Numbered from the stretch's first letter, positions 25,776 to 36,155 are shown. The stretch: 64,000 bases of DNA from an uncultured Synergistales bacterium (GCA_905233525.1 CAJOEW010000009.1:11898-75897); one strand, 5' to 3'. The notes: a model not told the origin generated them from the letters alone. A program made the numbers and translations.

Positions 25776-27719
25776 ATGACAGGAAATTTTTTTCTATTAG
25801 CTCTCGTTTTATGGCCTATGCTCGGCGCGGTGATTAGTTTTATTTCCGGCATGTTCAATAAAAATTTACGCGATTATGTTGCTGATTTAGTGTGTGTTAT
25901 AGAATTGGCCGGCGTTGTTGCATGTTATAAATTTATTGGCTCAGAATTGCATATACCAGACATTTGCGGAACAGGTTTAAATTTTAAATTAGACGGCTTC
26001 AGATTTATATATGCCGTAATAATTGCTTTCATGTGGACGGCGACGACAATATTTTCACGCGAATATCTTGAGCACCATAAAAAACGCAATAGATATTATT
26101 TTTATATCTTGATGACATTCGGATCGATCATGGGCGTTTTCTTATCAAGCGATTTATTTACGACGTTTATATTTTTTGAGATGATGTCATTATTCTCGTA
26201 TGTTATGGTCGTTCAGGATGAAACACCGGAAGCATTAAGAGCCGCTCAAACTTATTTAGCGATCGCAATTATAGGAGGGCTTGCAACTTTAACAGGCTTG
26301 ATATTTTTATATTCACAAACAGGAACTCTTGAAATAAATAAATTATTAAATCCTGCCGTGAAAAATAAAAAGCTCTTATACATTTCAGGCGCGTTAATTT
26401 TTTCAGGTTTTGCTGCAAAAGCTGCGATATTCCCTGCTCACATATGGCTGCCAACGGCTCACACTGCTGCGCCGGCTCCGTCAAGTGCTTTGTTATCAGG
26501 TTTGCTCACAAAATCCGGATTGTTCGGAGTTTTAATATTAAGCTGTAATATTTTCGCAGGCGATAAAATTTGGGCGATGATGCTTTTAATTTTGGCGTTA
26601 ATAACAATGACGTTAGGCGCTGTTCTGGCTGTATTCTCCGTTAATATAAAACGTACGTTAGCCTGCTCTTCAATGTCGCAAATAGGATTTATATTAACAG
26701 GCGTTTCAATGCAGTGTTTTTTGGGACATGATAATGATTTAGCTGTACGAGGAACGATTTTATATATGGTCGGTCATTCGCTGATCAAGCTTGTATTATT
26801 TTTATGCGCCGGTGTAGTTCATATGAATACGCACAAATTAAATTTAAATGATATTCGTGGATTCGGACGCGGTAAAAAAATTTTCATGTTCGCATTTTTA
26901 ATGGGCGGATTAGGTTTAGCAGGCGTGCCGTTGTTAAATGGCTATTTAGGTAAAACGCTCATTCATGAAAGCATTTTAGAATATATCCATGAATTATCAA
27001 ACACTCCAGGCGCTTCGACAAGTTTATTTAAATTTGCAGAATGGTTATTTTTAATTTCAGGCGGCTTGACTGTTTCATATGTCTTAAAATTATTCGCTGT
27101 TCTTTTCATAGCTGAACCTTCTGAAAATCTGCACACGAAAGAAAAATATTTATCGCGCGTAAATTCGATTGTGCTTGTTATTTCCGCGTCAGCATTACCG
27201 ATAATTGGACTCATGCCGTATAAAATTGCTGATGTAATATCTTTCATGGGCGCGCAATTCATGAACGGTTCTGAACATCATCACGCAGTTAATTATTTCT
27301 CGCTCGAAAATCTTGAAGGCGCGTTAATCTCATTGGGAATCGGTGCTGTTATTTATTTATACGTCGTCAAAAAATTCTTCATGGACTCTTATAAAAATTA
27401 TGAGTGCGTAAATTTATGGCCGGCAAAACTCGATATTGAGAATTTAATTTTCAGGCCGGTCATCGCGAATATATTACCGTTTATAGGAGCGCTGTTTGCA
27501 AAATTAGTTGACTTGATCACCGCCGGCGAATTGTCTGTGATTTTAAATCGAGCGTCAAAAATAAAACTAATCAGAGCGCCTGAAGATAAAGAGTTCGGCT
27601 TATACGTTAATGAACCTGAACGAGCTACAGCAGAAATATTATTACCGTCAAGTATGGATTACAGCTTCATGGCCTATTCTGCAGGATTGTTATTTATTAT
27701 AATTTTAATGTTAGTTTGA
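25776..27719 (+). CDS. proton-conducting membrane transporter subunit (NuoL/MnhA/complex I subunit 5 family), stand-alone
   Basis: This is a polytopic protein with the PF00361-like core FIFFEMMSLFSYVMV...AAKAAIFPAHIWLPTAHTAAPAPSSALLSG. I chose ATG 25776 because GAGGAGG lies 11 nt upstream. Confidence 0.7.
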   Translation: MTGNFFLLALVLWPMLGAVISFISGMFNKNLRDYVADLVCVIELAGVVACYKFIGSELHIPDICGTGLNFKLDGFRFIYAVIIAFMWTATTIFSREYLEHHKKRNRYYFYILMTFGSIMGVFLSSDLFTTFIFFEMMSLFSYVMVVQDETPEALRAAQTYLAIAIIGGLATLTGLIFLYSQTGTLEINKLLNPAVKNKKLLYISGALIFSGFAAKAAIFPAHIWLPTAHTAAPAPSSALLSGLLTKSGLFGVLILSCNIFAGDKIWAMMLLILALITMTLGAVLAVFSVNIKRTLACSSMSQIGFILTGVSMQCFLGHDNDLAVRGTILYMVGHSLIKLVLFLCAGVVHMNTHKLNLNDIRGFGRGKKIFMFAFLMGGLGLAGVPLLNGYLGKTLIHESILEYIHELSNTPGASTSLFKFAEWLFLISGGLTVSYVLKLFAVLFIAEPSENLHTKEKYLSRVNSIVLVISASALPIIGLMPYKIADVISFMGAQFMNGSEHHHAVNYFSLENLEGALISLGIGAVIYLYVVKKFFMDSYKNYECVNLWPAKLDIENLIFRPVIANILPFIGALFAKLVDLITAGELSVILNRASKIKLIRAPEDKEFGLYVNEPERATAEILLPSSMDYSFMAYSAGLLFIIILMLV

Positions 27720-27730
27720 TTTTGAAATGT

Positions 27731-27763
27731 ACTCCCTTCAAAAAATCGGAGGGAGTTTTTTTT
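27731..27763 (+). terminator. intrinsic terminator between convergent genes
   Basis: ACTCCCTTC-loop-GGAGGGAGT forms a 9-bp stem, followed by T8. Confidence 0.65.
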
Positions 27764-27778
27764 CGGCTTAAATTTTTT

Positions 27779-29308
27779 TTATTCCCATTCGATCGTTGCA
27801 GGCGGCTTTGAAGTTACATCAAGAACAACACGATTAACGCCTTTAACTTCGTTGCAAATACGTTTTGAAATTTTATCAAGAGTATCAGGATCAATTCTGA
27901 ACCATTCCGCCGTCATTGCATCTTTAGAATTAACAGCGCGTAATGCTACAACTTCATTATATGTCCTGCTGTCACCCATGACTCCAACTGTACGAACAGG
28001 CAATAAAACGCAAAACGCCTGCCAAATTTTTTTATACAAGCCTGATTTTTTAAGCTCGTCTCTGAAAATAAAATCGGCTCTTCTCAAAATGTCAAGACGC
28101 TCTTTATTTATATCGCCTAAACATCTGATCGCTAAACCAGGTCCCGGAAAAGGCTGACGGTTAACAATTTCATCAGGTACATTTATTATTCTGCCTATAA
28201 CCCTGACTTCGTCTTTAAATAAATCTCTGAGAGGCTCCAATAATTTTAAATTCATCTTCTCAGGTAATCCGCCGACGTTGTGATGAGATTTTATTAACAC
28301 AGCGCCTTTTTTGTTTTTCATACCGCTTTCAATAACATCAGGATAAATTGTGCCTTGTAATAACCATTTAGCGCCGTCAATTTTTTTAGCTTCGTCTTCG
28401 AAAACGTCTATAAATAATTTTCCGATTATATGCCGTTTTTTTTCAGGATCGTTCACACCTGCGAGAGCGTTTAAAAATAATTCTGAGGCATTTACATATT
28501 TCACATTCAAGCCCATATTTTCATAAGACTTCATAACGCTTTCAGGCTCGTTCAATCTCATAAGACCGTGATCAACAAATACGCATTGAAGACGATTCCC
28601 GACAGCTTTATTAACAAGAGCAGCAGCTACACTCGAATCAACTCCGCCTGATAATCCGCATATAATTTTTTCGCCTGCTGTTATCTCTTGAATATGGCGT
28701 ATTGTGCTTTCTGTGAAGTTCTCTAAATCCCAATCGCCTGAACATAAACATATTTTAAACAGGAAATTTTTTAATATATCCGTGCCGTATTGAGTGCTGT
28801 TGACTTCAGGATGAAACTGCAAACCGTAAAATTTTTTTTCGGCGTTCTCAAATCCTGCTGTAACATTTCCGGAAGTTAAAGCCGTTATTCTAAAACCGTC
28901 AGGCAATTTTGAAACGTTATCGCCATGACTCATCAAGACATTTATTTTTTCAGGCACGCTGTTAAATAATGCGCCGTGTGTAATTTGAATCTCTGTTACT
29001 CCGTATTCTTTATTGTTGTCTGACGAAATTTCACCGCCTGATAATTTTGCGATTAACTGCATTCCGTAACATATGCCTAAAATCGGACAGGGAATCTCTA
29101 AAATTTCAGGATTGATCATTATTGAGTCAGGATCGTTTACGCTGTCAGGGCCTCCTGAAATTATTATACCGTTAGGATTTAGAGCGATGATCTTTTCCGG
29201 CTCAACGTCCCAAGAAAATACAACGCTGTGAATTTTTAATTCTCTTAAACGCCGAGCGATCAATTGTGTAAACTGCGAACCGCAATCAATTATTATTATG
29301 TTCTGCAA
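27779..29308 (-). CDS. guaA: GMP synthase (glutamine-hydrolysing)
   Basis: Contains the GATase Cys context ICYGMQL and the PP-loop GLSGGVDSSV, and ends in the conserved ATIEWE. The start is TTG with an AAGGAGA SD. Confidence 0.92.
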   Translation of the reverse strand: MQNIIIIDCGSQFTQLIARRLRELKIHSVVFSWDVEPEKIIALNPNGIIISGGPDSVNDPDSIMINPEILEIPCPILGICYGMQLIAKLSGGEISSDNNKEYGVTEIQITHGALFNSVPEKINVLMSHGDNVSKLPDGFRITALTSGNVTAGFENAEKKFYGLQFHPEVNSTQYGTDILKNFLFKICLCSGDWDLENFTESTIRHIQEITAGEKIICGLSGGVDSSVAAALVNKAVGNRLQCVFVDHGLMRLNEPESVMKSYENMGLNVKYVNASELFLNALAGVNDPEKKRHIIGKLFIDVFEDEAKKIDGAKWLLQGTIYPDVIESGMKNKKGAVLIKSHHNVGGLPEKMNLKLLEPLRDLFKDEVRVIGRIINVPDEIVNRQPFPGPGLAIRCLGDINKERLDILRRADFIFRDELKKSGLYKKIWQAFCVLLPVRTVGVMGDSRTYNEVVALRAVNSKDAMTAEWFRIDPDTLDKISKRICNEVKGVNRVVLDVTSKPPATIEWE

Positions 29309-29406
29309 TTATTTGAATTCTCCTTATTTTAGCGGTAAGTATTATACTATATGCGCTTTGTTTCTAATTTTGGAGGCGTTTTAATTTTTTAAAGGAGGTT
29401 TTTTTT

Positions 29407-30516
29407 TTGAATGTCATAGCTTTTATATTCGCTTTAGGAGGAGCTTATGCAAACTTCTGTCAGCCGATCGAAAATTTAGAGCATTCGTTATATTCTGCTT
29501 TAATGATGTTCGTTGAATTTTTCAAGACAAGCGGTTTTTCATCGCTTAACGTTCCTGAGATCGTAGGCTTAATAATTTTCGCTGTACTATGTTTAATTCC
29601 GTTAGCGGCAGCCATTCAAGGTATATGCGCGTTATTAGGTGTTGGAAGACATATCAAAAGGAATTTATTTATATGCGCATTGCTGACAGGTTTACTTGCA
29701 GGCGGTGTTTATTATTTGCAGGTAGCTGATATTTCTTCGAACGAGTTTTTAAAATCGCCCTACATTGAAAAATTGATACCGCTGGCACAACGAATTGATT
29801 GCGCGATTCCGGCAGCTTGGGCGGTATGTTATTTGCTGGCTTCGATATTTGCAAGAAACGCAGCACCTAAAACTCAAACTCAATCGCAAAACGCACGCAC
29901 GCCTGTAAATTCTGCTAACACTTTCACGCAGGCTAATGCAAGTCCAGTAAGCTTAACAAAAGGCCAGCGCGTTGACCTCACTAAAAACCGTCCAGGACTT
30001 TCAAAATTATTGATTGGTCTTGGTTGGAGCGTTAATACTGGTTACGGCGATGATTTTGATTTAGACGCGTCAGCATTTTTATTAGGCTCAAACGGTAAAG
30101 TTTTAAACGACGGCGATTTTATTTTCTATAACAATCTTGAACACGCTTCAGGCTCTGTAAGATCTATGGGCGATGACAGAAAAGGCGGAAGCGGTGGAGA
30201 TGATGAACAAATTAGAATCGATCTCGCCCGTGTTCCTGATAATATTCAAAGAATTGCATTTACTGTAACGATTCACGAAGCAGAAGAGCGCGGCCAAGAC
30301 TTCGGGAGAATTTCAGAGGCTTATATACGCGTCGTTGATGATTTAAATAATCGTGAGATCATGCGTTACGATCTTGCAAATGAATTTTCAAATGCGACGG
30401 CCGTTGTAGTAGCTGAAATATATAGAAGTTCGGACGGATGGAAATTCAATGCGATCGGCGGAGGTTTTAACGGCGGCTTAAAAGCTTTATGCAAACAATA
30501 CGGAGTAAACGTTTAA
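29407..30516 (+). CDS. TerD-domain stress protein fused to an N-terminal multi-pass membrane region
   Basis: The C-terminal ~190 aa carry TerD hallmarks: GDDFDLDASAFLL, GDDRKGGSGGDDEQI and WKFNAIGGGF. The N-terminal ~150 aa are hydrophobic (about 4 TM). The TTG start is formed by the end of a T10 run after GGAGG. Confidence 0.8.
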   Translation: MNVIAFIFALGGAYANFCQPIENLEHSLYSALMMFVEFFKTSGFSSLNVPEIVGLIIFAVLCLIPLAAAIQGICALLGVGRHIKRNLFICALLTGLLAGGVYYLQVADISSNEFLKSPYIEKLIPLAQRIDCAIPAAWAVCYLLASIFARNAAPKTQTQSQNARTPVNSANTFTQANASPVSLTKGQRVDLTKNRPGLSKLLIGLGWSVNTGYGDDFDLDASAFLLGSNGKVLNDGDFIFYNNLEHASGSVRSMGDDRKGGSGGDDEQIRIDLARVPDNIQRIAFTVTIHEAEERGQDFGRISEAYIRVVDDLNNREIMRYDLANEFSNATAVVVAEIYRSSDGWKFNAIGGGFNGGLKALCKQYGVNV

Positions 30517-30563
30517 AAATTTTTTTAAGTGCAAAAAATTCATAAGCACATGGAGGTTTTTTA

Positions 30564-31847
30564 ATGAATAATAATTATAAATTCGAGACCATACAAACCC
30601 ACGCAGGCCAAGAAAATCCAGATCCGGCTACTGACGCGCGAGCAGTTCCTATTTATGCAACGACATCATATGTATTTAAAGACTCGGCAACAGCGGCAGG
30701 ACGTTTTGAATTGAGCATACCAGGCAATATTTATACAAGGCTCATGAATCCGACAAATGATGTATTTGAAAAACGTGTAGCAGCTCTTGAAAACGGAGCG
30801 GCAGCACTTGCAACGGCTTCAGGTTCAGCGGCGATTACTTATGCTGTTCAGAATATTGCTTCAGCCGGCGATCATATTGTTTCGTCAACGAATTTATACG
30901 GAGGCACATATAATTTATTTGCACACACTTTACCAGAGCAAGGAGTTAATACGGATTTTGTAGATCCTTCGAATCCTGAAAACTTTGAGCGCGCGATCAA
31001 ACCTGAGACAAAATTATTATATGCTGAAACGTTAGGCAATCCTAATTCAGACGTTATAGACCTTGAAAAAATTTCTGATATTGCTCACAAGCACGGAATA
31101 CCTTTTATTGTCGATAACACTTTTGCTACACCGTATTTATTAAGACCGATTGAGCACGGCGTTGATATAGTTGTACATTCTGCTACAAAATTTATGGGCG
31201 GCCATGGAACATCAATGGGAGGAGTTATTGTCGACGCAGGTAATTTTGACTGGGCGCAAAATAATAAATTCCCTGGACTGTCAAAGCCTAATCCTTCATA
31301 TCACGGTGTAATTTTTACAGAGGCAGCCGGAAAATTAGCGTATATCATAAAATTAAGAACAACTTTAATGCGCGATCAAGGTGCTTGCTTATCGCCGTTC
31401 AATTCGTTTTTATTTATTCAAGGTCTTGAAACGCTTTCATTACGTGTTGAAAGGCATGTTTATAACGCTTTGAAAGTCGTTGAATTTTTGAAATCGCACC
31501 CAAAAGTTCAATCCGTCAATCATCCTTCATTATCAGCAGGACATGAGCTTGAGCTGTACAAAAAATATTTTCCGAAAGGCGCGGCCTCGATATTTACATT
31601 TGACATCAAAGGAAATTCAGACACAGCCAAGAAATTCACGGAGAACTTAAAATTATTTTCACTCCTGGCTAACGTTGCTGACGTGAAATCATTAGTAATA
31701 CACCCAGCATCAACAACTCACTCGCAATTAAACGAACAGGAGTTATTAGCGTGCGGAATACGTCCAACGACAATCAGATTATCTATCGGAATTGAACATA
31801 TCGATGACATTATCGCCGATCTTCAAAGAGGATTTGACGCGGTATAA
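30564..31847 (+). CDS. metY: O-acetylhomoserine sulfhydrylase / aminocarboxypropyltransferase
   Basis: This is a Cys/Met-metabolism PLP enzyme with the lysine motif [16 protein letters not shown]. Length is 427 aa. Confidence 0.88.
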   Translation: MNNNYKFETIQTHAGQENPDPATDARAVPIYATTSYVFKDSATAAGRFELSIPGNIYTRLMNPTNDVFEKRVAALENGAAALATASGSAAITYAVQNIASAGDHIVSSTNLYGGTYNLFAHTLPEQGVNTDFVDPSNPENFERAIKPETKLLYAETLGNPNSDVIDLEKISDIAHKHGIPFIVDNTFATPYLLRPIEHGVDIVVHSATKFMGGHGTSMGGVIVDAGNFDWAQNNKFPGLSKPNPSYHGVIFTEAAGKLAYIIKLRTTLMRDQGACLSPFNSFLFIQGLETLSLRVERHVYNALKVVEFLKSHPKVQSVNHPSLSAGHELELYKKYFPKGAASIFTFDIKGNSDTAKKFTENLKLFSLLANVADVKSLVIHPASTTHSQLNEQELLACGIRPTTIRLSIGIEHIDDIIADLQRGFDAV

Positions 31848-31871
31848 AATTTTCAGGTTAATAATTTTCGA

Positions 31872-31905
31872 GCGGTTCTGATTTTTTGTCAGGACTGCTT
31901 TTTTT
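31872..31905 (+). terminator. intrinsic terminator after metY
   Basis: GCGGTTCTGA-TTTTTTG-TCAGGACTGC forms a 10-bp stem (two G-U pairs), followed by T7. It overlaps the stop of the convergent gene. Confidence 0.65.
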
Positions 31906-32722
31906 ATATTCTAGTCAGGTAAATTATCAGCGCCGTTAATAAAAATGATATACAGCCTGTAATAATTATTATTCGCGTTAATTTTTTGAGGCCGGTTTGA
32001 TATTTTTCGAGGGCGTTTTTTATTTCGTTTTGTATTTTTTCGCCAATTGATGAAATTTCGGACGCAGTTATTTTTTTTATTTCATGTATCAGAGCTGCAT
32101 TATTATTATTTTGGAGCGAGCGTAACCCATTCGATAAAGATTCAAGCTCATGAGTTTGTGCCTTGTCATGAGAACGTATAACGCCTTCAAGATCCGGTAA
32201 TGCTTTGTTTAATAAATCGTCAAGCTTAAGATTATAATCAGGCGCGTTTGAAACGTTTAAATTTTGAGATTGTCCAGACGTTAAATTTTTATTGTCAGGC
32301 TCTTTAACCTGTTCAGTTTCATTTTTACTGCGCCATTCGTTATAAAAATCTTTAATAGAATTTTCAAGCGCATTCAAAGAATTAAACAGCCTTTCAAAAT
32401 CAGGTTCATGATCAATTTTTTCGGCTTTATCAGGCGTGTTAGTGCGTTTGATCGAATAAATTTCCTCTCTGATTGAACTTACAGAACGCATAAGAACTTC
32501 ATAACCTGCCCGCGTTTCGTCTGAAGATGTTTTAATTGCGCCGGATAATTTTTTTACAGCGTTTTCAATCAGGATATTATTTTGATTTTCGTTAATGTTT
32601 TTGTCTGGAAATTCGGCCGGCTGAATTTTTATCTCGCTCAATGTTTTTTCAAGAGGCGGTAATATACGCGATGACAATTCATTGACAAGCATTTCAGTAG
32701 TCGGATCAAGTTCTTCACTCAT
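31904..32722 (-). CDS. hypothetical coiled-coil protein with a C-terminal transmembrane anchor
   Basis: This is a 272-aa protein rich in Glu/Lys/Asn/Leu heptad-like sequence. It ends with one hydrophobic helix (IIIITGCISFLLTALIIYL). Confidence 0.55.
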   Translation of the reverse strand: MSEELDPTTEMLVNELSSRILPPLEKTLSEIKIQPAEFPDKNINENQNNILIENAVKKLSGAIKTSSDETRAGYEVLMRSVSSIREEIYSIKRTNTPDKAEKIDHEPDFERLFNSLNALENSIKDFYNEWRSKNETEQVKEPDNKNLTSGQSQNLNVSNAPDYNLKLDDLLNKALPDLEGVIRSHDKAQTHELESLSNGLRSLQNNNNAALIHEIKKITASEISSIGEKIQNEIKNALEKYQTGLKKLTRIIIITGCISFLLTALIIYLTRI

Positions 32723-32781
32723 GATTTCAAAAGCCCTCTCTAATTTGCTTTAACTGCCAGCATTATACAACAGGCATATAT

Positions 32782-32816
32782 AAAAAAATAAAACGGTCTC
32801 AAATTTAATGAGGCCG
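32782..32816 (-). terminator. intrinsic terminator downstream of the flavodoxin gene
   Basis: On the minus-strand RNA, CGGCCUCA-loop-UGAGACCG forms an 8-bp stem (one G-U pair), followed by a U-rich run. Confidence 0.55.
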
Positions 32817-32844
32817 CCTTTTTTATGTCTGCGATAGAATTTTT

Positions 32845-33267
32845 TTACGCTAATTTTGCTCCGAGCGCTTCACATTCTTTTAAAGCGTCTTCATCAGGTT
32901 CGAGATGGGCTTTTACTCCATCAGCAACAAGAACAGCTCCTGCTTCTTTGACTCTGTCTGCCCAAGTTCTTAACCATTCGCCGTCTCCCCAATCGTACGA
33001 ACCAAATACAGCAACTTTTTTACCGCTTAATTTTGTGATCGCGTCGCTGAAAAATGGTTCCATCTCCGATTCTTCGATTACCTCTGAACCCATTGCAGGC
33101 GATCCGAATGCTACGTAATCATATCCGGAAACTTCATCGGCTGACGCTTCAGAAACATTCTTACAAGTTACATCAGAGCCGGCAGTTTTTGCACCTTTAG
33201 CGATCGCTTCGGCCATTTTCTCCGTATTGCCTGAACCAGTCCAGAAAACTATTAAAACCTTTGCCAT
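32845..33267 (-). CDS. short-chain flavodoxin
   Basis: The FMN-binding N-terminus MAKVLIVFWTGSGNTEKMA is present. Length is 140 aa. Confidence 0.88.
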   Translation of the reverse strand: MAKVLIVFWTGSGNTEKMAEAIAKGAKTAGSDVTCKNVSEASADEVSGYDYVAFGSPAMGSEVIEESEMEPFFSDAITKLSGKKVAVFGSYDWGDGEWLRTWADRVKEAGAVLVADGVKAHLEPDEDALKECEALGAKLA

Positions 33268-33291
33268 AATAAAAACCTCCTGAAAATTTTT

Positions 33292-33915
33292 TTATACTGC
33301 GTGCCAGCTCGTCAACATGTTCAGAGCAGCATCGTATTCAGCTGTTTTATAACGTTTAAAAATTTTTCCTGCGCGCTCAACATTTCCGTAAACTTTCCAG
33401 TAACCTTTACTTAATAAATTTCCTGCCTGTCTGTTTTCAATAAAGCCTTTTACGTCTTCAGCAGGATAATCTAAAAAGATTCCGACCTCGTGAGGAATTT
33501 CAAAGGCAAATTTTTTTGTAAGATGTTTCAAACACGCGTCCACGTTCGGCACCGGATAGTTATAACTCAATAATAATTCACGTGCTGCAGGTCTTGACAA
33601 AGCCCTTTTTAAAAGCGTGCGTCTGAATATTAAAACCAGTGCATTTTTTGAAGCGCTAAACTTATTTAAAAGCACGTTCTCAATATTATACGGCTCAAGC
33701 CATTTGCCTGCGTACGAAGTCCATAAATTTTTTATATCTTCGCTGTTACGTTTCAAATTTATGAGACACGCTGATTTTATGCCTTTTATAGTTGGCGCGC
33801 CAAAACAAAATAACATACCTCGCACAAAATCTATATTACTAGAATTTTTTAATACATTCATGAAATTTTGTATCACAAGCTGATTATTTTGATAATCCAT
33901 TTTTATATCAGGCAT
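33292..33915 (-). CDS. DUF3793-like protein
   Basis: This 207-aa protein contains IPHEVGIFLDYPAEDVKGFI and YWKVYGN. From memory this resembles the DUF3793 family, which is often next to flavodoxin in anaerobes. The family call is tentative. Confidence 0.45.
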   Translation of the reverse strand: MPDIKMDYQNNQLVIQNFMNVLKNSSNIDFVRGMLFCFGAPTIKGIKSACLINLKRNSEDIKNLWTSYAGKWLEPYNIENVLLNKFSASKNALVLIFRRTLLKRALSRPAARELLLSYNYPVPNVDACLKHLTKKFAFEIPHEVGIFLDYPAEDVKGFIENRQAGNLLSKGYWKVYGNVERAGKIFKRYKTAEYDAALNMLTSWHAV

Positions 33916-34064
33916 AAAATTTTTTCACGTCCATAATTTTTTAAGTTTGATATTAAAAACTTATAATAATCCGTGAATTTTGTCAAGCATAATAAAAAAA
34001 CGACAGACCGCTTAAAATTTAAAACAGCCTGCCGAATTATGACCGCGGTTAAATTTTTTATGAA

Positions 34065-35576
34065 TTATTTTGAACTCTTAACCGCTTCTTTCATTACAAC
34101 GTCATGCGCTCCGCCTTCGATAAGTGTTACAGGTGAAACGAGCGTTAATTTTGCTTTCTCACGCAGTTCTTTTAACGTCAATGCTCCGCAATTACAAAAC
34201 GTTGATTTAATTTTGCTGAGTGTTTCATTTACATTATCTCTTAACGATCCTGCATAAGGCACATAACTGTCAACGCCTTCCTCAAATGATAATTTATCCT
34301 GATTCGAGTCGCCACTGTCATAACGCTGCCAATTACGTGCACGCGATGAACCTTCTCCCCAATATTCTTTAACGTAATTTCCATTCACCATGACACGATT
34401 ACCAGGGCTTTCATCAAAGCGTGCAAAATATCTTCCTAACATGCAAAAATCAGCACCCATAGCGAGAGCGAGCGTTATATGATAATCCATTACAATGCCG
34501 CCGTCTGAACATACAGGTACATAAATTCCAGTGCGTTCGTAATATTCATCACGGGCTTGTGCAACTTCGATAACAGATGTAGCTTGGCCTCGTCCGATTC
34601 CTTTTGCTTCACGCGTTATACAAATTGAGCCGCCTCCGATCCCGACTTTAACAAAATCAGCTCCGCAATCAGCTAAAAATTTAAAGCCTTCAGAATCAAC
34701 GACGTTACCGGCACCAACTTTTACGCTGTCACCATAATTATCACGAATCCATTTTAATGTGCGTTTCTGCCATTCTGTAAAGCCTTCGGAAGAATCTATA
34801 CACAAAACATCAGCACCAGCCGAAATTAAAGCCGGTACACGTTCTTTATAATCGCGGGTGTTAATTCCTGCACCTGTCACATATCTTTTTTGGGCATCAA
34901 GTAATTCTAACGGGTTAGCTTTGTGCGAGTCATAATCCTTTCTGAAAACGAACGCGACCATATTGCCATTATCATCAACAATCGGAAGAGCGTTTAATTT
35001 ATGTTCCCATAAAATATCATTGGCTTCACTTAATGTTAATCCGTCCTTAGCTAAAATAATTTTATCGATCGGTGTCATAAAATCTTTTACAACCGCGCTC
35101 GGATCCATTCGGCTGACTCTGTAATCGCGTCCGGTTATTATCCCTAATAATTTTCCTGTTAAGCTTCCGTCATGAGTTACAGCTACGGTTGTATGTCCTG
35201 TTTGTTCTTTTAATTTCAATACATCCGCGAGAGTCTGATCAGGACTTATTGAACTGTCATTAGCAACAAAACCGGCTTTATATTTTTTCACGCGTCTGAT
35301 CATTTCAGCTTGGCATTCAATCGGCTGAGAACCGTATATAAATGATAAACCGCCTTCACGAGCAAGAGCTATCGCTAAATTATCATCTGATACGGATTGC
35401 ATGATCGCACTTACTAACGGAATGTTAATACTTAACGGCGGCACTTCTCCCTTTTTGAAGCGGCACAAAGGCGTTCTTAGTGAAACGTTTGACGGGATAC
35501 AATGCTCTGAAGAATACGTAGGTATTAAAAGATATTCTGAAAATGTGTGCGACGGTTCATTATAGAAAAATGCCAT
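34065..35576 (-). CDS. guaB: IMP dehydrogenase
   Basis: The catalytic loop [12 protein letters not shown] and a CBS-pair region are present. I chose ATG 35576 ([12 protein letters not shown]) because GGAGGG lies about 10 nt upstream, inside the longer ORF-track ORF. Confidence 0.85.
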   Translation of the reverse strand: MAFFYNEPSHTFSEYLLIPTYSSEHCIPSNVSLRTPLCRFKKGEVPPLSINIPLVSAIMQSVSDDNLAIALAREGGLSFIYGSQPIECQAEMIRRVKKYKAGFVANDSSISPDQTLADVLKLKEQTGHTTVAVTHDGSLTGKLLGIITGRDYRVSRMDPSAVVKDFMTPIDKIILAKDGLTLSEANDILWEHKLNALPIVDDNGNMVAFVFRKDYDSHKANPLELLDAQKRYVTGAGINTRDYKERVPALISAGADVLCIDSSEGFTEWQKRTLKWIRDNYGDSVKVGAGNVVDSEGFKFLADCGADFVKVGIGGGSICITREAKGIGRGQATSVIEVAQARDEYYERTGIYVPVCSDGGIVMDYHITLALAMGADFCMLGRYFARFDESPGNRVMVNGNYVKEYWGEGSSRARNWQRYDSGDSNQDKLSFEEGVDSYVPYAGSLRDNVNETLSKIKSTFCNCGALTLKELREKAKLTLVSPVTLIEGGAHDVVMKEAVKSSK

Positions 35577-35687
35577 CGGAAAAAATCCCTCCTGTTTTGA
35601 AATTTCAGGTATGATAGCACGTTTAAAACAGCCGGTCATTTTTGTGCATGTGTATAATTAAACAAAATTAAGGAGCGTGATCACAAA

Positions 35688-36155
35688 ATGATAATCGGCG
35701 AACTCAAAGACTATAAATATTTTTCAGGTCTCGGCGATAATTTCCTGGCCGGTCTTAAATATCTTTCTGAACACAGTTTACGGACGCTTACAAATAGAAA
35801 ATATGTCATCAACGGCGATAAATTATATTTTGAAGTCAGCGATCTAATGACAAAACATTCGGAAGAGAAATTTTTTGAAGTCCATAAATATTACGCTGAT
35901 ATACATATTACACTGAAAGGCAGCGAATTTTACGGTTGGGCGCGCGATCAAAAACTATTAAAACAATACAGCGCTTATCATACTGAAAGAGACACAAGTT
36001 ATTATTTATTTGGAGGAACTACAAATTATTTTCAGGTGCCGGCAGATTGTTTTGTGATCTTCATGCCTGGAGAAGCTCATAAACCCGGACTCGGTGCTGA
36101 TAAATCTGAGGCAGTCCGTAAGCTCGTCATGAAAGTAAAAGTTAATGATGACTGA
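35688..36155 (+). CDS. YhcH/YjgK/YiaL (EbgC-like) family protein
   Basis: This is a 155-aa protein with an EVHKYYADIHITLKG...FMPGEAHKPG pattern. An AAGGAG SD is present. Confidence 0.6.
   Translation: MIIGELKDYKYFSGLGDNFLAGLKYLSEHSLRTLTNRKYVINGDKLYFEVSDLMTKHSEEKFFEVHKYYADIHITLKGSEFYGWARDQKLLKQYSAYHTERDTSYYLFGGTTNYFQVPADCFVIFMPGEAHKPGLGADKSEAVRKLVMKVKVNDD

Noticed and set aside
25776-27719. Possibility that the lone NuoL-like protein is DabB of a DAB CO2-uptake system.
   Set aside because: No DabA (DUF2309) gene is adjacent on either side, and the gene is flanked by terminators. I kept it only as a generic lone antiporter-like subunit.
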